A stretch of 64,000 nt of DNA, taken from NCBI RefSeq assembly GCF_009914755.1, contig NC_060943.1, one strand, 5' to 3'. The stretch comes from the human T2T-CHM13v2.0 reference genome, Homo sapiens. Shown piece by piece: positions 45,043 to 61,535 of the stretch. Numbering within the stretch: position 1 is the stretch's first letter; each line of letters begins with the position of its first letter. The translations under genes were made by a program, and so were the position numbers. Under the pieces are notes generated by a model. It saw only the letters and a program-made list of their open reading frames with translations. It ran no database searches and was not told the DNA's origin.

Positions 45043-48000
45043 ACCATAGGCCTCTAAGGGCTCCAAAATATTCCTTGAAAGATTCTACCATAACAGTGTT
45101 TCCAATTTTCAGAATCCAGAGAAATTTTTAATTCTGTGAAACGAATCCACACATCACAAGGCAGTTTCACAGGCAGCTTCTTTCTAGTTTTTTTCTAGAA
45201 ATATTTGGTTTTTCACCATAAACCTCAATGGGCTTCCAAATGTCCCTTCGCATATCCTACCGAAAAAGGGTTTCACATCCACTGAATCAAAACAAACATT
45301 TAATTCTGTGAGGTGAATCCACACATTACACAACAGTTTCACAGACACCTTCTTTCTAGTTTTTATCTGGGGATATTCTCTTTTTCAACATAGGCCTCTA
45401 TGGTCTCCCAAATGTCCCTTTGCATATTCTAACTGAAGAGTATTGCAAATTTGCTGGATCAAAAGAAAGGTTTAACTCTGAGTGGTGAATCCTAACATCA
45501 CAAAGTAGTTTCACAGGTAGCTTCCTTCTAGTTTGTAACTGGGGATATTGTCTTTTTCACCATATGTCTCAATGGGCTTCATATGTCTCTTCTCAGGTAC
45601 TGCAAAATGAGTTTTTGCAACCTGGTGAATCAAAGGAAAAGCTTATCTCTGTGAGATGAATGCACACATCAAAAAGCAGTTTCACAGATAGCTACTTTGT
45701 AGTTTTTATCTGTGAATATTCTGTTTTTCACCATAGACCTCAAAAAGCTTCCAAATCTCCCTTCGCAGATTCTGCCAAAAAAGTGTTTCCAACGTGATGA
45801 ATCAAAAGAAAGGCTTAACTCTGTGAAATGAATCCACACATTGCAGAGCAGTTTCACAGATAGCTTCCTTCTAGTTTTTATCTGGAAATATTCGGTTTTT
45901 CACCATAGGTCTCAATGGGCTTGAACATGTCCCTTTCCCAATTTTGCCAAAAGAGATTTTCCAAACTGCTGAATCAATAGAAAAGTTTAACTCTGTGAGT
46001 AGGATCCACACATCCCAAAGTAGTTTCACTAAAAGCTTCTTGCTAGATTTTATCTTCGAATATTCAATTTTCCACAGTGTGCTACAATGGGCTTGTAAAT
46101 GCCCCTTTGCAGATTCTAGCAAAATAGTTTTCGCAACCTGCTGAATCAAAAGAGAGCTTTAAACCTTTGAGCTGAATAAACACTTAACAAAGCAGTTTCA
46201 CAGATAGCTTCTTGATAGTTTTTACGTGGGGTTATTCGGTTTTTCACCATAGGACTCTATGGGCTTATAAATGTTCCTTCACAGATTCTATGTAAAGAGT
46301 GTTTCCATCCTGCTGTATCCAAAGAAAGGCTTAGCTCTGTGCAATGAATCCACACAGCACAGAGCACTTCACAGATAGTGTCTTTCTAGTTTGTATCTGG
46401 GGATACTTTGTTTTTCACAGTAGGCTTCAATGGGCTCCAAAATATCCCTTCACAGATTCTGCCAAATGAGTGTTTCAAACCTGCAGAATCAAAGAACGGT
46501 TTAAGTCTGTGAGGTAAACGCACACTTCAAAAGAACAGTTTCACTGATAGCTTCTTTCTAGTTTTCATGTAGGGACATTTGGTTTTTCACCATAAGCCTA
46601 AAAGGGCTCCCATGTGTCCCTTTGTAGATTCTACAAAAAGAATGTTTCCATCCTTTTGAATCAACAGAGATTTAACTCTGAGATAAAGGTAAAAATCACA
46701 ATGAAGTTTCAGAAATAGCTTCTTTCTGGTTTTTATCTGGGGATATCTGTTTTTTCACCATAGGCCTCAATGGGCTATGATAGGTCTGTGTGCAGATTCT
46801 ACCAAAAGAGGGTTTACAACGTGCTGAATCAAAAGAAAGGTTTAACTCTGTGAGATAAATCCAAACATCACAAAGCAGTTTCACTGGTAGCTCCTTTTCA
46901 GGTTTTATCTTGGGATGTTTGGTTTTCAACCATAGGCTTTAATGGGCTCTGAAATATCCCATCACTGATTCTACAAAATTAGTGTCTCCAACCTACTTAA
47001 TCAAAAACAAAAATTTTAAATTTGTGAGACGATTCACACATCACAAAGCAGTTTCACTGATAGCTTTCTTCTGCTTTTTATCTGGAAATATTGGGTTGTT
47101 CAACATAGGACTTAATGGGCTCCAAAATGTCTCTTCACAAAGTCTACAAAAAGAGTGTTTCCAACCTGATGAATCAAAAGAAACGTTTAACTCTGTGGCA
47201 TGAATCCACACTTTACAATGCAGTTTCACAGATAGCTTCTTTCCAGTTTTTATCAAGGAATATTCAGTTTGTCACAATAGGCCTCTAAGGGATCCCAGAA
47301 TTCCCTTGGAAGATTCTATCAAAAGAGTGATTCCAACTTCCTGAATCAAAATAAATGTTTATCTCTGTGAGATGAATCCAGACATTACAAATAAGCTAAA
47401 CAGGTACCTTCTTCCTAGTTTTTATCTGAAGTTATTCAGTTTTTCACAATAGGCCTCTAAGGGATCCCAAATGTCCCTTGGCAGATTCTACCAAAGGGTG
47501 ATTCCAACTTGCTGGGTCAATGTAAATGTTTATCTCTGTTAGATAAATACAGACATTACAAATAAGTTAAACAAATAGCTTCTTTCTTGTTTTTATCTGG
47601 AGTTATTGAGTTTTTCACCATAGGCCTCTGTGGGCTCTTAAATGTCCCTTCGCAGACACTAATTAAGACTGTTTCATACCTGTTGTGTCAAAAGAAAGGT
47701 TTAACTCTGAGAGGAATCCATACCTCACAATGTAGTTACATTTTAGCTTTTATCTACTTTTTGTCTGGGGATATTCTATTTTTCACCATAGGCCTCTATG
47801 GACTCTTAAATACCCCTTCACAGACTCTATCTAAAAAATGTTTCAAACATGTTATATAGACAGAAAAATTAAACTCTGTTAGATGAATAAACACATCCCA
47901 AACAGTTTCACAAAGAGCTTCCTTCTAGTTTTTATCTGGGGATTTTTGGATTTTTTTTTGTTTTCTTATTATACTTTAAGTTTTAGCGTACATGTGCACA

Positions 48001-48176
48001 ACAAACGTGCCGGTTTGTAACATATGTATACATGTGCCATATTGGTGTGCTGCACCCATTAACTCATCATTTAGCATTAGGTATATCTCCTAATGCTATC
48101 CCTCCCCCATCCTCCCACCCCACAACAGGCCCTGGTGTGTGATATTCCCCTGCCTGTGTCCATGTGCTCTCATTGT

Positions 48177-50716
<2,540 letters not shown>

Positions 50717-50779
50717 TATGATGTTAGCTGGTTATTTTGCTTGTTAGTTGATGCAGTTTCTTTCTAGCCTCGATGGTCT

Positions 50780-51793
50780 TTACAATTTGGCATGTGTTTG
50801 CAGTGGCTGGTACCAGTTGTTCCTTTCCATGTTTAGTGCTTCCTTCAGGAGCTCTTTTAGGGCAGACCTGGTGGTGACAAAATCTCTCAGCATTTGCTTG
50901 TGTGTAAAGGATTTTATTTCTCATTCACTTATGAAGCTTAGTTTGGCTGGATATGAAATTCTGGGTTGAAAATTCTTTTCTTTAAGAATGTTGAATATTG
51001 GCCCCCACTTTCTTCTGGCCTGTAGAGTTTCTGCCACGAGGTCAGCTGTTAGTCTAAAGGGCTTCCCTTTGTGGGTAGCCCGACCTTTCTCTCTGGCTGC
51101 CCTTAACATTTTTGCCTTCATTTCAACTTTGGTGAATCTGACAATTATGTGTCTTGGAATTGCTAATGTCGAGGAGTATCTTTGTGGTGTTCTATGTATT
51201 TCCTGAATTTGAATGTTGGCCTGCCTTGCTAGATTGGGGAAGTTCTCCTGGATAATATCCTGCAGAGTGTTTTCCAACCTAGTTCTACTCTCCCCATTAC
51301 TTTTAGGTACACCAATCAGACGTAGATTTGGTCTTTTCACATAGTCCCTTATTTCTTGGAGGCTTTGTTCACTTCTTTTTATTCTTTTTTCTCTAAACTT
51401 CTCTTCTTGCTTCATTTCATTCATTTGATCTTCCACCACTGATACCGTTTCTTCTAGTAGATCGATTCAGCTACTGAGGCTTATGCATTCGTCACGTGGT
51501 TCTTGTGCCATGGTTTTCAGCTCCATGAGGTCCTTTAAGGACTTCTCTGCATTGATTATTCTAGTTAGCCATTCGTCTAATTTTTTTCAATGTTTTTAAC
51601 TTCTTTGCCATGGGTGCACACTTCCTCCTTTAGCTCAGAGTAGTTTGATTGTCTGAAACCTTCTTCTCTCAACTCGTCACAGTCATTCTCCATCAAGCTT
51701 TGTTCCATTGCTGTTGAGTAGCTGTGCTCCTTTGGAGGAGGAGAGGCACTCTGATTTTTAGAGTTTCCAGTTTTTCTGCTGTTTTTCCCCGAT
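50780..51793 (-). pseudogene. L1 ORF1p, disrupted
   Basis: 172-aa fragment ...YVKRPNLRLIGVP...LENTLQDIIQENFPNLARQAN... The start ATG is lost. Confidence 0.92.
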
Positions 51794-52818
51794 CTTTGTA
51801 GTTTTATCTACTTTTGGTCTTTGATGATGGTGACTTACAGATCACCTTTGGTGTGGATGTCCTTTCTGTTTGTTAGTTTTCCTTCTGACAGTCAGGACCC
51901 TCAGCTGCTGGTCTGTTGGAGTTTGCTGGAGGTCCACTCCAAACCCTGTTTGCCTGGGTATAAGCAGCAGAAGCTGCAGAACAGCAGATATTGGTGAACA
52001 GCAAATGTTGCTGTCTTATAGTTCCTCTGGAAGTTTTGTCTCAGAGTAGTACCTGGCTGTGTGAGGTGTCAGTCTTCCCTTACTTTGGGGTGTCTCCCAG
52101 TTAGGTTACTTGGGGGTCAGGGACCAACTTGTGGAGGCAGTCTGCCCGTTCTCAGTTCTCAAGCTGCATGCTGGGAGAACGACTATTCTCTTCAAAGCTG
52201 TCAGACAGGAATGTTTAAGTCTGCAGAGGTTTCTGCTGCCTTTTGTTCAGCTATGCATTGCCCCGAGAGGTGGAGTCTACAGAGGCAGGCAAGCCTCTTT
52301 TTGCTGCAGTCGGCTCCACCCAGTTTGAGCTTCCTGGCCACTTTGTTTACCTACTCCAGTTTCGGCAATGGTGGGCGCCTCTCTCCCAGCCTCACTGCTG
52401 CCTTGCAGTTTGATCTCAGACTGCTGTGCTATCAATGAGAGAGGCTCCATGGGTGTAGGACCCTCCTAGCCAGGCGCTGGATATAATGTCGGTGTGCCAT
52501 TTGTTAAGACCATTGGAAAAGTGCAGTATTAGGCTGGGAGTGACCCGATTTTCCAGGTGCCATCTTTCACCTCTTTCTTTGATTCAGAAAGGGAATTCTC
52601 TGAGCCCTTGCATTTCCCAGGTGAGGCGATGCCTCACCCAGCTTTGGCTCACACTCGGTGCAGTGCACCGGCTGTCCTGCACCCACTGTCTGGCACTACC
52701 CAGTGAGATGAACCTGGTACCTCAGTTGGAAATGCAGAAATCACCCGTCTTTTGTGTCACTCACACTGGGAGTTGTAAACTAGAGCTGTTCATATTCTGT
52801 CATCTTGGCTCCAACCCC

Positions 52819-54426
52819 TTTGGTTTTTCGCTATAAGCTTCAAATATCTCTCAAAAGTCCCTTCACAGATTCTACAAAAAGGTGTTTCCAACCTGCTGAA
52901 TCAAAAGAAAGTTTAACTCTGTGAGATAAATCCACAAATCACAAAGCAGATTCACTGATAGCTTCTTTCTAATTTTTATCTTGAATTTTTTTTTCTTTTT
53001 ACCATAGACTACAATGGGTTCATGAATCTCCTTTTGCAGATTGTTGCAAAACAGCACTTCCAACATGTTGAGTCAAAAGAAAGGTTTAAATCATTGAAAT
53101 GAATCCACACATCACAAAGCAGTTTCAAAGATAGCTTCTTTGTTGTTTTCATCTGAAGATATTTGATTTTTCACTAAAGGCTTTAATAGGCCCCCAAATG
53201 TCACTATGTAGATTATAAAACATAAGTATGTGCAACCTGCTGAATCAAAAGAAAGGTTTAACTCTGTGAGATGAATCCACACATAACAAAGCAGTTACAC
53301 AGATAGTGTCTTTGTAGTTTTTATCTGGGGATATTCAGTTTTTCACCTTAGGCCTCTATGGGCTCCCAGATGTCTTTCCACCAATTCTACCAAATGAGTG
53401 TTTCCAAGTTACTGAATCAAAAGAAATTTTTAACCCTGTCAGATTAATCCCCACATCAAAAGGCAATTTTACACACAGAGTCTTTCTAGTTTTTATCTTG
53501 GAATATTTGGCTATTCAACAGAGGCCAAAAAACTGCTACAAGATATCCCTTCATAGATTCTACCAAAAGATTGTCTTTAAAATGCTGAAAGAAAAACAAG
53601 GTTGAACTCTGTAAGATGAATCCACACATCACAAAGCAGTTTCACCAATAGCTTCCTTCCTGTTTTTATTTGGAGATATTTTGTTTTTCACTGTAGGCCT
53701 TAAAGGGCTCCCAAATGTCCGTTTGCAGATTGTATCAAAAGAGTGTTTCCAACCTCCCGAATCAAAAGATACATTTAACTCAGTGAGATAAATCCACACA
53801 TCACAAAGCAGTTTCACAGACAGATTCCTTCAAGTTTTTATCTTGGGATAATGTGTTTTTCACCTTAGGTTTCTATGGGATCCCAAATGTCTCTCTTCAG
53901 TTTCCACAAAACGAGTGTTTCCAAGCTGCTAAATCAAAACTAAGGTTTAACTCTGTGAGATGTATCCACATATCACATAGAGATTTCACTGATAGCTTCT
54001 TCCTAGTATTTGTATGAAGATATCCGGTTTTTGAACATAAGCCTCTGTGGGCTTCCATGTCTCCCTTCCCAGATTCTTCCAAACGTGTTTCAAATCTGCT
54101 GTATCAAAAGAAATGTTTTACTCTGTGAGATGAATCCAATATCAAAAAGCAGTTTCACTGATACCTTCTTTCTAGTTTTTAACTGTGGGTATTCTGTTTT
54201 TCACTGCTGGCTTCTAAGGGCCCACAAACGTCCTTTTGCAGAATCTCCAAAGACAGGGTTTCCAACCTACTGAATTGGAAAGGTTTAACCCTGTGAAATG
54301 AATCCACACATTACTAAGCAGTTTCACTGATAGCTTCTTTCTAATTTTTCCTGGGGTTATTTTATTTTTTGCTATAGGCCTCAAAGTGCTCCTAAATGTA
54401 CCTTCCCAGATTCTACCTAAAGAGAG
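52819..54426 (-). repeat. Alpha satellite family 2
   Basis: Paralogous, monomer for monomer, to ~25080-26868. Confidence 0.95.
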
Positions 54427-55483
54427 TGTTGGGGGAAGTCAGGGACCCCGAATGGAGGGACCAGCTGAAGGTATGCAGAAAAACATAAATTGTGAAGATT
54501 TCATGAACATTTATTAGTTCCCCAAATTAACACTTTTATAATTTCTTATGCTTGTCTTTACTGCAATCTCTGAATAAAAATTGTGAAGATTTTATGGACA
54601 TTTATCACTTTCCCAGTAAATGGTCTTGTGATATCCTATGCCTGTCTTTTCTTTAATCTCTTAATCCTGTCACCTTCATAAACTGAGGATAAATGTTGCC
54701 TGAAGACCGTGTGATGATTGTGTTAACTGCACAAATTGTTTAAACAATATGAAATCTGGGCACCTTGATTAAAGAACAGAATAACAGCGATGTTCAGGGA
54801 ACAAAGGAGATAACCATTAGGTCTGGCTGCCTGAGAGCCGGGTGGAACAGAGCCATATTTCTCTTCTTTAAAAAAAAATAGGAGAAATATCACTGAATTC
54901 TTTTTCTTAGCAAGGAAGAGCCCTGAGTGAGAGAATGCATCCCTTGGGGTAGGCTTCTGAAATGGCAGCTCTGGGAACATCTATCTTTTTTGGTTGTAGA
55001 TAAGGGATGAAATAAGCCCCAGTCTCCTGTAGTGCTCCCAGGCTTATTAGGATGAGGAAATTCCCGCCTAATAAATTTTGGCCAGTCCGTTTTTCTGTCC
55101 TCAAACCCTGTCTCCTGATAAGATGTTATGAATGACAATGCTTGCCTGAAACTTCATTAGCACTTTAAATTTTGCCCCAGTCCTGTGATCTTGCCCTGCC
55201 TCCATTTGCCTTGGATATTTTATTACCTTGTGAAGCATGTGATCTCTGTAACCCACACCCTATTCGTACACTCCCTCCCCTTTTCAAAATCACTAATAAA
55301 AACTCTCTGGTTTTATGGCTCAGGGGGCATCATGGAACCTGCTTACATGTGGTGTCTCCCTTGGACAACTAGCTTTAAAAATTTCTCTCTTTGTACTCTT
55401 TCCCTTTATTTCTCAGACTGGCCAAACTTAGGGAAAATAGAAAAGAACCCATGAAGAATTGCCTGGGGTAGTTTCCCCCAATA
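54427..55483 (+). promoter_or_regulatory. 5' LTR (MER11) of provirus 2
   Basis: TGTTGGGGGAAGTCAGGGACCCC...TTTCCCCCAATA, with AATAAA at 55295. Confidence 0.92.
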
Positions 55484-55640
55484 TCTGGCATGCCAAAACG
55501 GTTTTTTCTTTTTCCCAAGTGCATGTGGCAACCCGATTCCCTTTGGCAGGTGTGCAGAAACTTCATTGGTTTGGTCCACAAAAACCCACGTTCGACTCCC
55601 TGACAACTCATGAGTAGTCTGTATATGGTCCGGGTTAACT

Positions 55641-56022
55641 ATGGGTCACAGGGAGTATAAAAATTATACTTATCTCTTCCATATTAAACTCCAGTTAAAA
55701 CAGAAAAGGGTTTAAGACCCTGTGGAAAATATGGTCACTCTATTCAGGGCAGTGGTAAACTACTGTCCTTGGCCTCCTAAAAATAGAACCTTAGTTGTAG
55801 ATCTACTAAAACAGGGAAGGGTCTGAGTAACCATGGAAAATGTGGTCACTCTATTCAGGGCGGTGGAAAAATACTGTCCTTGGTTTCCTGAAAAAGGAAC
55901 CGTATATGTAAAAGTATGGGATCATGCTGGTGCAACATTCTGGGAACTGGTCCCAACAGAGAATTATGTTCCCATCACTGTTTGGGGGTGATTGGGTCTT
56001 GGTAAGTGGCGTCCTCATACCT
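55641..56022 (+). pseudogene. gag: HML-8 gag MA remnant with a 111-bp internal duplication
   Basis: Collinear with 27988-28276 of provirus 1. Confidence 0.85.
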
Positions 56023-56742
56023 GGGAATCCTCCCTGTCAATACATTTAATTAATGAAGTGTTACAGCGAATTCTGAAAAGATCTAAGAGATTTGTTTTCA
56101 CTTTAATTGCTGTGATCATGTGCCTAATTACAGTCACTGCACTGGCCACCACTGCTGGAATGGTGTTATATAAATCTATTCAAATGGCTCATTTTGCTAA
56201 TGATTGGGAAGCCTATTCCACCCAAATGTGGAATTCTCAACAAATCATTGATCAAAAATTGGCTAATCAAATTAATGATTTAAGACAGTGTTATTTGGCT
56301 TGGAGATGGGGTAGTGAGTCTCGAACATTGCATGCAAATGCAGTGTGACTGGAATACTTCGGATTTCTGTATCACACCATAATCCTGTAAAGAGAATGAT
56401 CATTCATGGGAAATGGTCAAAGGACACCTTCTGGGTGATGAAGATAATTTATCATTGGACATAACTAAATTAAAAACAACTTTTTGAGGCCTCTGAATCT
56501 CACTTATCCATTGTGCCTGGAGCTGAGGCATTAGACCAGGTAGTAGAAAATCTTTATGGACTAACCCACGACTTGGATTAAGTCTACTGGGGGCTCCACT
56601 GTAGTAAATTTTGGAATCATGTTTCTCTGTTTAATTGGCTTGTCTTAATATGATAGACCAGTCAAAGAATCATGCATCAAAATCGAGAGAATGAACAAAC
56701 CTTCATCGCCATGGCACATTTATATCATCAGAAAGGGAGATA
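56023..56742 (+). pseudogene. env: HML-8 env remnant (SU C-terminus and TM)
   Basis: [28 protein letters not shown]...[10 protein letters not shown], frameshifted afterwards. No L1 at the site occupied in provirus 1. Confidence 0.88.
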
Positions 56743-57726
56743 TGTTGTGGGAAGTCAGGGACCCTGAATGGAGGGACCAGCTGAAGCCATGGCAGAAGAA
56801 CATAAATTGTGAAGATTTCATGGACCTTTATTAGTTCCCCAAATTAATACTTTTATAATTTCTTACACCTGTCTTTACTGCCATCTCTGAACATAAATTG
56901 TGAAGATTTCATGGACATTTATCACTATGAATGTCGCCTCAGGACCCTGCAATGATTGCATGAACTGCACAAATTGTTTAAACAATATGGAATCTGGGAA
57001 CCTTGAAAAAAGAACAGGACAACAGTGATGATCAGGGAACAAGGGAGATAATCATTAGGTCTGGTTTCCTGAGAGTTGGGCAGAACAGAGCCATATTTAT
57101 CTTCTTTCAAAAGCAAATAAGAGAAATATCACTGAATTCTTTTTCTCCACAAAGAACAGCCCTGAGAAAGAGAATGTATTCCTAAGGGTAGAACTCTGAA
57201 ATGGCCACTCTGGGAACATCTGTCTTTTATGGTTGTAGAGAAGGGAAGAAATAAGCCCCAGTCTCCTGTAGCCCTCCCAGGCTTATTAGGAGGAGGAAAT
57301 TCCCACCTAATAAATTTTGGTCAGACCGGTTGTCTGCTCTGAAACACTGTCTCCTCATAAGTTGTTATCAATGACAATGTGTGCCTGAAAATTCATTAGC
57401 AATTATAATTTTGCCCCAGTCCTGTGATCTCACCCTGCCTCCAGTTGCCTTGTGATATTTTATTACTTTGTGAAGCATGTGATCTCTGTGACCCATACCC
57501 TATTAATACACACCTTCCCCTTTTGAAAATCACTAATAAAAACTTCCTGGTTTTATTGCTCATGCGGCATGACAGAACCTGCCTAGATGTGATGTCTCCC
57601 CTGGACACCCAGCTTTAAAAGTTTCTCTCTTTGTACTCTTTCCCTTTATTTCTCAGACCAGCCAACATGTAGGGAAAGTAGAAAAGAACTCACATTAAAA
57701 TATCAGGGGCTGAATTTCCCCTGATA
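56743..57726 (+). promoter_or_regulatory. 3' LTR (MER11) of provirus 2
   Basis: TGTTGTGGGAAGTCAGGGACCC...TTTCCCCTGATA, with AATAAA at 57535 and an internal deletion at ~56927. Confidence 0.92.
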
Positions 57727-60700
57727 GAGAGATTCAAACATGCTGTATCAAAATAAAAATATAACTCTGTAAGATTAACACACATATCACAAAGCAGTTT
57801 CAAAGACAGTTTATTCTAGTTTTTATCTGGGGATATTCTTTTTTTCACCATAGACCTCTATGGGTTCCGAAACCTCCCTTCACAGATTCTACCAAAAGAG
57901 TGTTTCAAACCTGCTGAATAAAAGAAAAGGTTTAGCTCTGTGAGATGAATCCACACATCACAAAACAGTTTGACAGATAATTTCTTTGTAGATTTTATCT
58001 GGGGATATTCTGTTTTTCACCATAGGCCTGTATGGGTTCCCCAAAGTCCCTTCACAGATTCTACCTAAGAGTGTTTCAAACCTGTTTTATCAAAATAAAA
58101 ATTTAATTGTGTGAGATAAATCCACACATCACAAAGCTGTTTTACAGATAGAATTTTCTAGTTTTTATCTGGGGATAGTTGGATTTTCACCATAGGCCTC
58201 TATGGACTCCCAAAGTTTCTTTGCAGATTCTACAAAAAGGCTGTACGCAACTTGCTGATTCAATAGATGGGTTTATCTCTGTGAGATGAACCAACAGATC
58301 ATGGGGCTGTTTCACAGATAGCTTCTTTCTAGCTGGTATCTGTGAACATTCGGTTTTTTATCATAGGCCTCAAAAAGCTTCCAAATTTCTCTTTACAGAT
58401 TATATGATACCAGTGGTTTCCAACATGTTGTATCAAAAGAAACGTTTACCTCTGTGAGATGAATCCACACATCATAAAGAAGTTCACAGATAGCTTTTTC
58501 CTAGTTTTTATCAGGGGATAATGGTTTTTTTTTGTTTTTTTGTTTTTTTTGTTGTTGTTATTTTTTTGTTTTTTTTTAACATAGGCCTCAAAGGGCTTCA
58601 AAATGCCCCATGAAGATTCTACAAAACTAGTGTTTCCAACCTACTGAATCAAAGGAATGGTTTATCTCTGTAGATGAATCCACACTCAAAAAAGCAGTTT
58701 CACAAATAGCTTCTTTCTGGTTTGTATCTGGGGGTATTCAGTTTTTCACTACATTCCTGAAAGGGTTCCCAAATGTACCTTCGCAGATTCCATAAAAAGT
58801 GTCTTTGTAACCTGGTGAATCAAAAGAAAGGTTTAAGTTTGTGATTTGAATTGAGACATCACAGAGCAGTTGCACAGATAGCTTCTTTCTAGTTTTTGTC
58901 TGGGGATATTTTGTTTTTACCATACGAGTCTAAGGGCTCTGATACAGCCCTTTAAAGATTCTACCATAAGAGTTTTTCCCATTTACTGAATCAAAAGAAA
59001 TGTTTAACTCTGTGAAACAAATCCACACATCACAAGGCAGCTTCACAGGTAGCTTCTTTCTAGTTTTTATATAGAAATATTAGGTTTTTCACCTTAAACC
59101 CTAAAGGGCTTTGAAATGTCCCTTCGCAGAACTTACCAAAAGACGGTTTCACACCTGCTGAATCAAAACAAATGTTTAATTCTGCGAGGTGAATCCACAC
59201 ATCACACAGCAGTTTCACAGACACCCTCTTTCCATATTATATCTGGGGATATTCTGTTTTTCACCATAGAACTGTATGGTCTCCCAAATGTCCCTTCGCG
59301 TATTCTATCTGAAGAGTGTTTCAAATTTGCTGGATCAAAAGAAAAGTTTAACTCTCAGTGGTGAATCCAGATATCAGAAAGGAGTTTCACCAGTAGCTTT
59401 CTTCTGATTTTTAATGGGGGATATTGTTTTTTTCACCATAGGCCTCAATGGGCTTCCAAATGTCCCTTCTCAGGTTCTAAAAAATAAGTGTTTCCAACCC
59501 GCTGAATCAAAGGTAAAGCTTATCTCTGTGAGTTGAATCCACACATCACAAAGTAGTTTCACAGATTGCTACTTTGTAGTTTTTGTCTGTGAATATTTTG
59601 TTTTTCACCGTAGACCTCAAAAAGCTTCCAAAGACAAAAACGCCCTTCACAGATTCTGCCAAAAAAGTTTTTCCAACCTGCTGAAACAAAAGAAAGGTTT
59701 AACTCTGAGAGATGAATCCACACATCGCAGAGCAGTTTCACAGATAGCCTCTTTCTAATTTTTATCTGGGAATATTCTGTTTTTCACCATAGGTCTCAAT
59801 GGGCTCCCACATATCCCTTTCCTGATTTTACCAATAGAGTGTTTCCAAACTGCTGAATCAACAGAGAACTTTAACTCTGTGAGAAGAATCCACACATCAC
59901 AAAGTAGCTTCACTAAAAGCTTCTCTGTAGCTTTTATCTTTGAATATTCCATTTTTCAAAGTGTGCTACAATGGGCTCACAAATGTCCCTTAACAGATCT
60001 AGCAAAAGAGTGTTTGCAACCTGCTGAATCAAAAGAAAGGTTTAACCTTTGAGCTGAATCCACACTTAACAAAGCAGTTTCACAGATAGCTTCTTGATAG
60101 TTTTTATGTGGGGATATTCTGTTTTACACCATAGGCCTCTATGGGCTTATAAGTGTTCCTTCTCAGATTCTTTCTAAAGACTGTTTCCATCCTGCTGTAT
60201 CAGAAGAAAGTTTAACTCTGTGCAATGAATCTACACATCACAGAGCACTTCACAAATAGATTCTTTCTAGTTTTTATCTGGGGATATTTTGTTTTTCACA
60301 ATAGGCCTCAAGGGACGCCAAAATACCCCCTCACAGTTTCCAAAAACTGAGTGTTTCAAACCTGTGGAATCAAAGGAAAAGTTTAAAGTCTTTGAGGTGA
60401 ATCCACACATCACAAAGCATTTTCAAGGATAGCTTCTTTCTAGTTTTTATCTGGGGATATTCGATTTTTCACCATAGGCTTTAATGGGCTCCCAAATGTC
60501 AGTATACAAATTATAAGGCAAAAGTATTTGTAACCTGCTGAGTCAAAATAAAGGTTTAAATCTGTGAGATGAATCCACACATTACAAAGCAGTTACTCGG
60601 ATAGCTTTTTTCTAGCTTTTATCTGGAGATATTCAGTTTTTCACCTTAGGCCTCTATGGGCTCCCAAATGTGTTTCCACAAATTCTACCAAAAGACTGTT

Positions 60701-61535
60701 TCCAAGCTACTGAATCAAAAGAAATGTTTAACTCTGTGAGATGAACCCACACATAAAAGCAGTTTTAGAGACAGAGTCTTTCTAGGCTTTATCTTGGGAT
60801 ATTTGGTTATTCACCAGAGTCCAAAAAAACTGTTATTCTACCAAAAGAATACTTCCAACCTGCTGAATCAAAAGATAGGTTTAACTCAGTGAGATGAATC
60901 CACACATCACAGAGCAGTACAACAGATAGATTCCTTCAAGTTTTTATCTGGGGATATTGGGTTTTTCACCTTAGGTCTCTATGGGCTTCCAAATGTCTCT
61001 CTGCAGGTTCTATAAGACGTGTTTCCAACTTGCTGAATCATAAGAAATATTTAACTCTGTGAGATGAATCCTCAATCACATAGCAGTTTCACTGATACCT
61101 TCTTCCTAGTATTTATATGAAGATATTTGGTTTTTAAACTTAGGCCTCTATGGGCTGCCATATTTCCCTTTGCAGATTCTTCCAAAAAAGTGTTTCAAAT
61201 CTGCTGTATCAAAAGAAAGGTTTAACTCTGTGAGATGAATCCACATATCACAAAATAGTTTCACTGATACTTTCTCTCTGGTTTTTATGTGTGGATATTC
61301 TGTTTTTCACCATATGCCTCTGAGGGCTCACAAACATCCTTTAGCAGAATCTCCAAATAGAGGGTTTCCAAACTACTGAATGAAAAGAAAGGATTAACTC
61401 TTTGAGGTGAATCTCAAATTACAAAGCAGTTTCACTGATAGGTTCTTTCTAGTTCTTTTCTGGGAATATTTTATTTTTCACCTTAGTCCTCAAAGTGCTC
61501 CCAAATTTACCTTCACAGATTTTACCTAAAGAGAG
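57727..61535 (-). repeat. Alpha satellite family 2, one deleted copy of the multi-kb unit
   Basis: Same ordered marker monomers as 36018-40420. Confidence 0.95.

Larger units (their letters stand above)
36018..47954 (-). repeat. Alpha satellite family 2, organised as divergent multi-kb repeat copies
   Basis: Diagnostic monomer variants recur in the same order, for example CAAAGGACTCAAA at ~36313/40710/43321 and CTCTGAGTGGTGAATCC at ~37882/42730/45476. Confidence 0.95.
54427..57726 (+). mobile_element. HERV-K(HML-8) provirus 2: LTR-gag(MA)/env(TM)-LTR, ~4.2 kb shorter internally than provirus 1
   Basis: 5' LTR 54427-55483, degenerate PBS ~55486-55501, gag ATG at 55641, gag/env junction ~56022, PPT, 3' LTR 56743-57726. 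TSD GAGAG at 54422-54426 and 57727-57731. Confidence 0.92.

Noticed and set aside
56001-56025. Provirus 2 as a retrotransposed spliced env mRNA
   Set aside because: The donor-like GGTAAGT is retained upstream of the junction. Both LTRs and the shared retroviral TSD are present and there is no poly-A tail.
55992-56348. 118-aa ORF across the gag/env junction as a functional Env or TM protein
   Set aside because: It has a TTG start and no signal peptide, and frameshifts after DLRQ before the membrane anchor.
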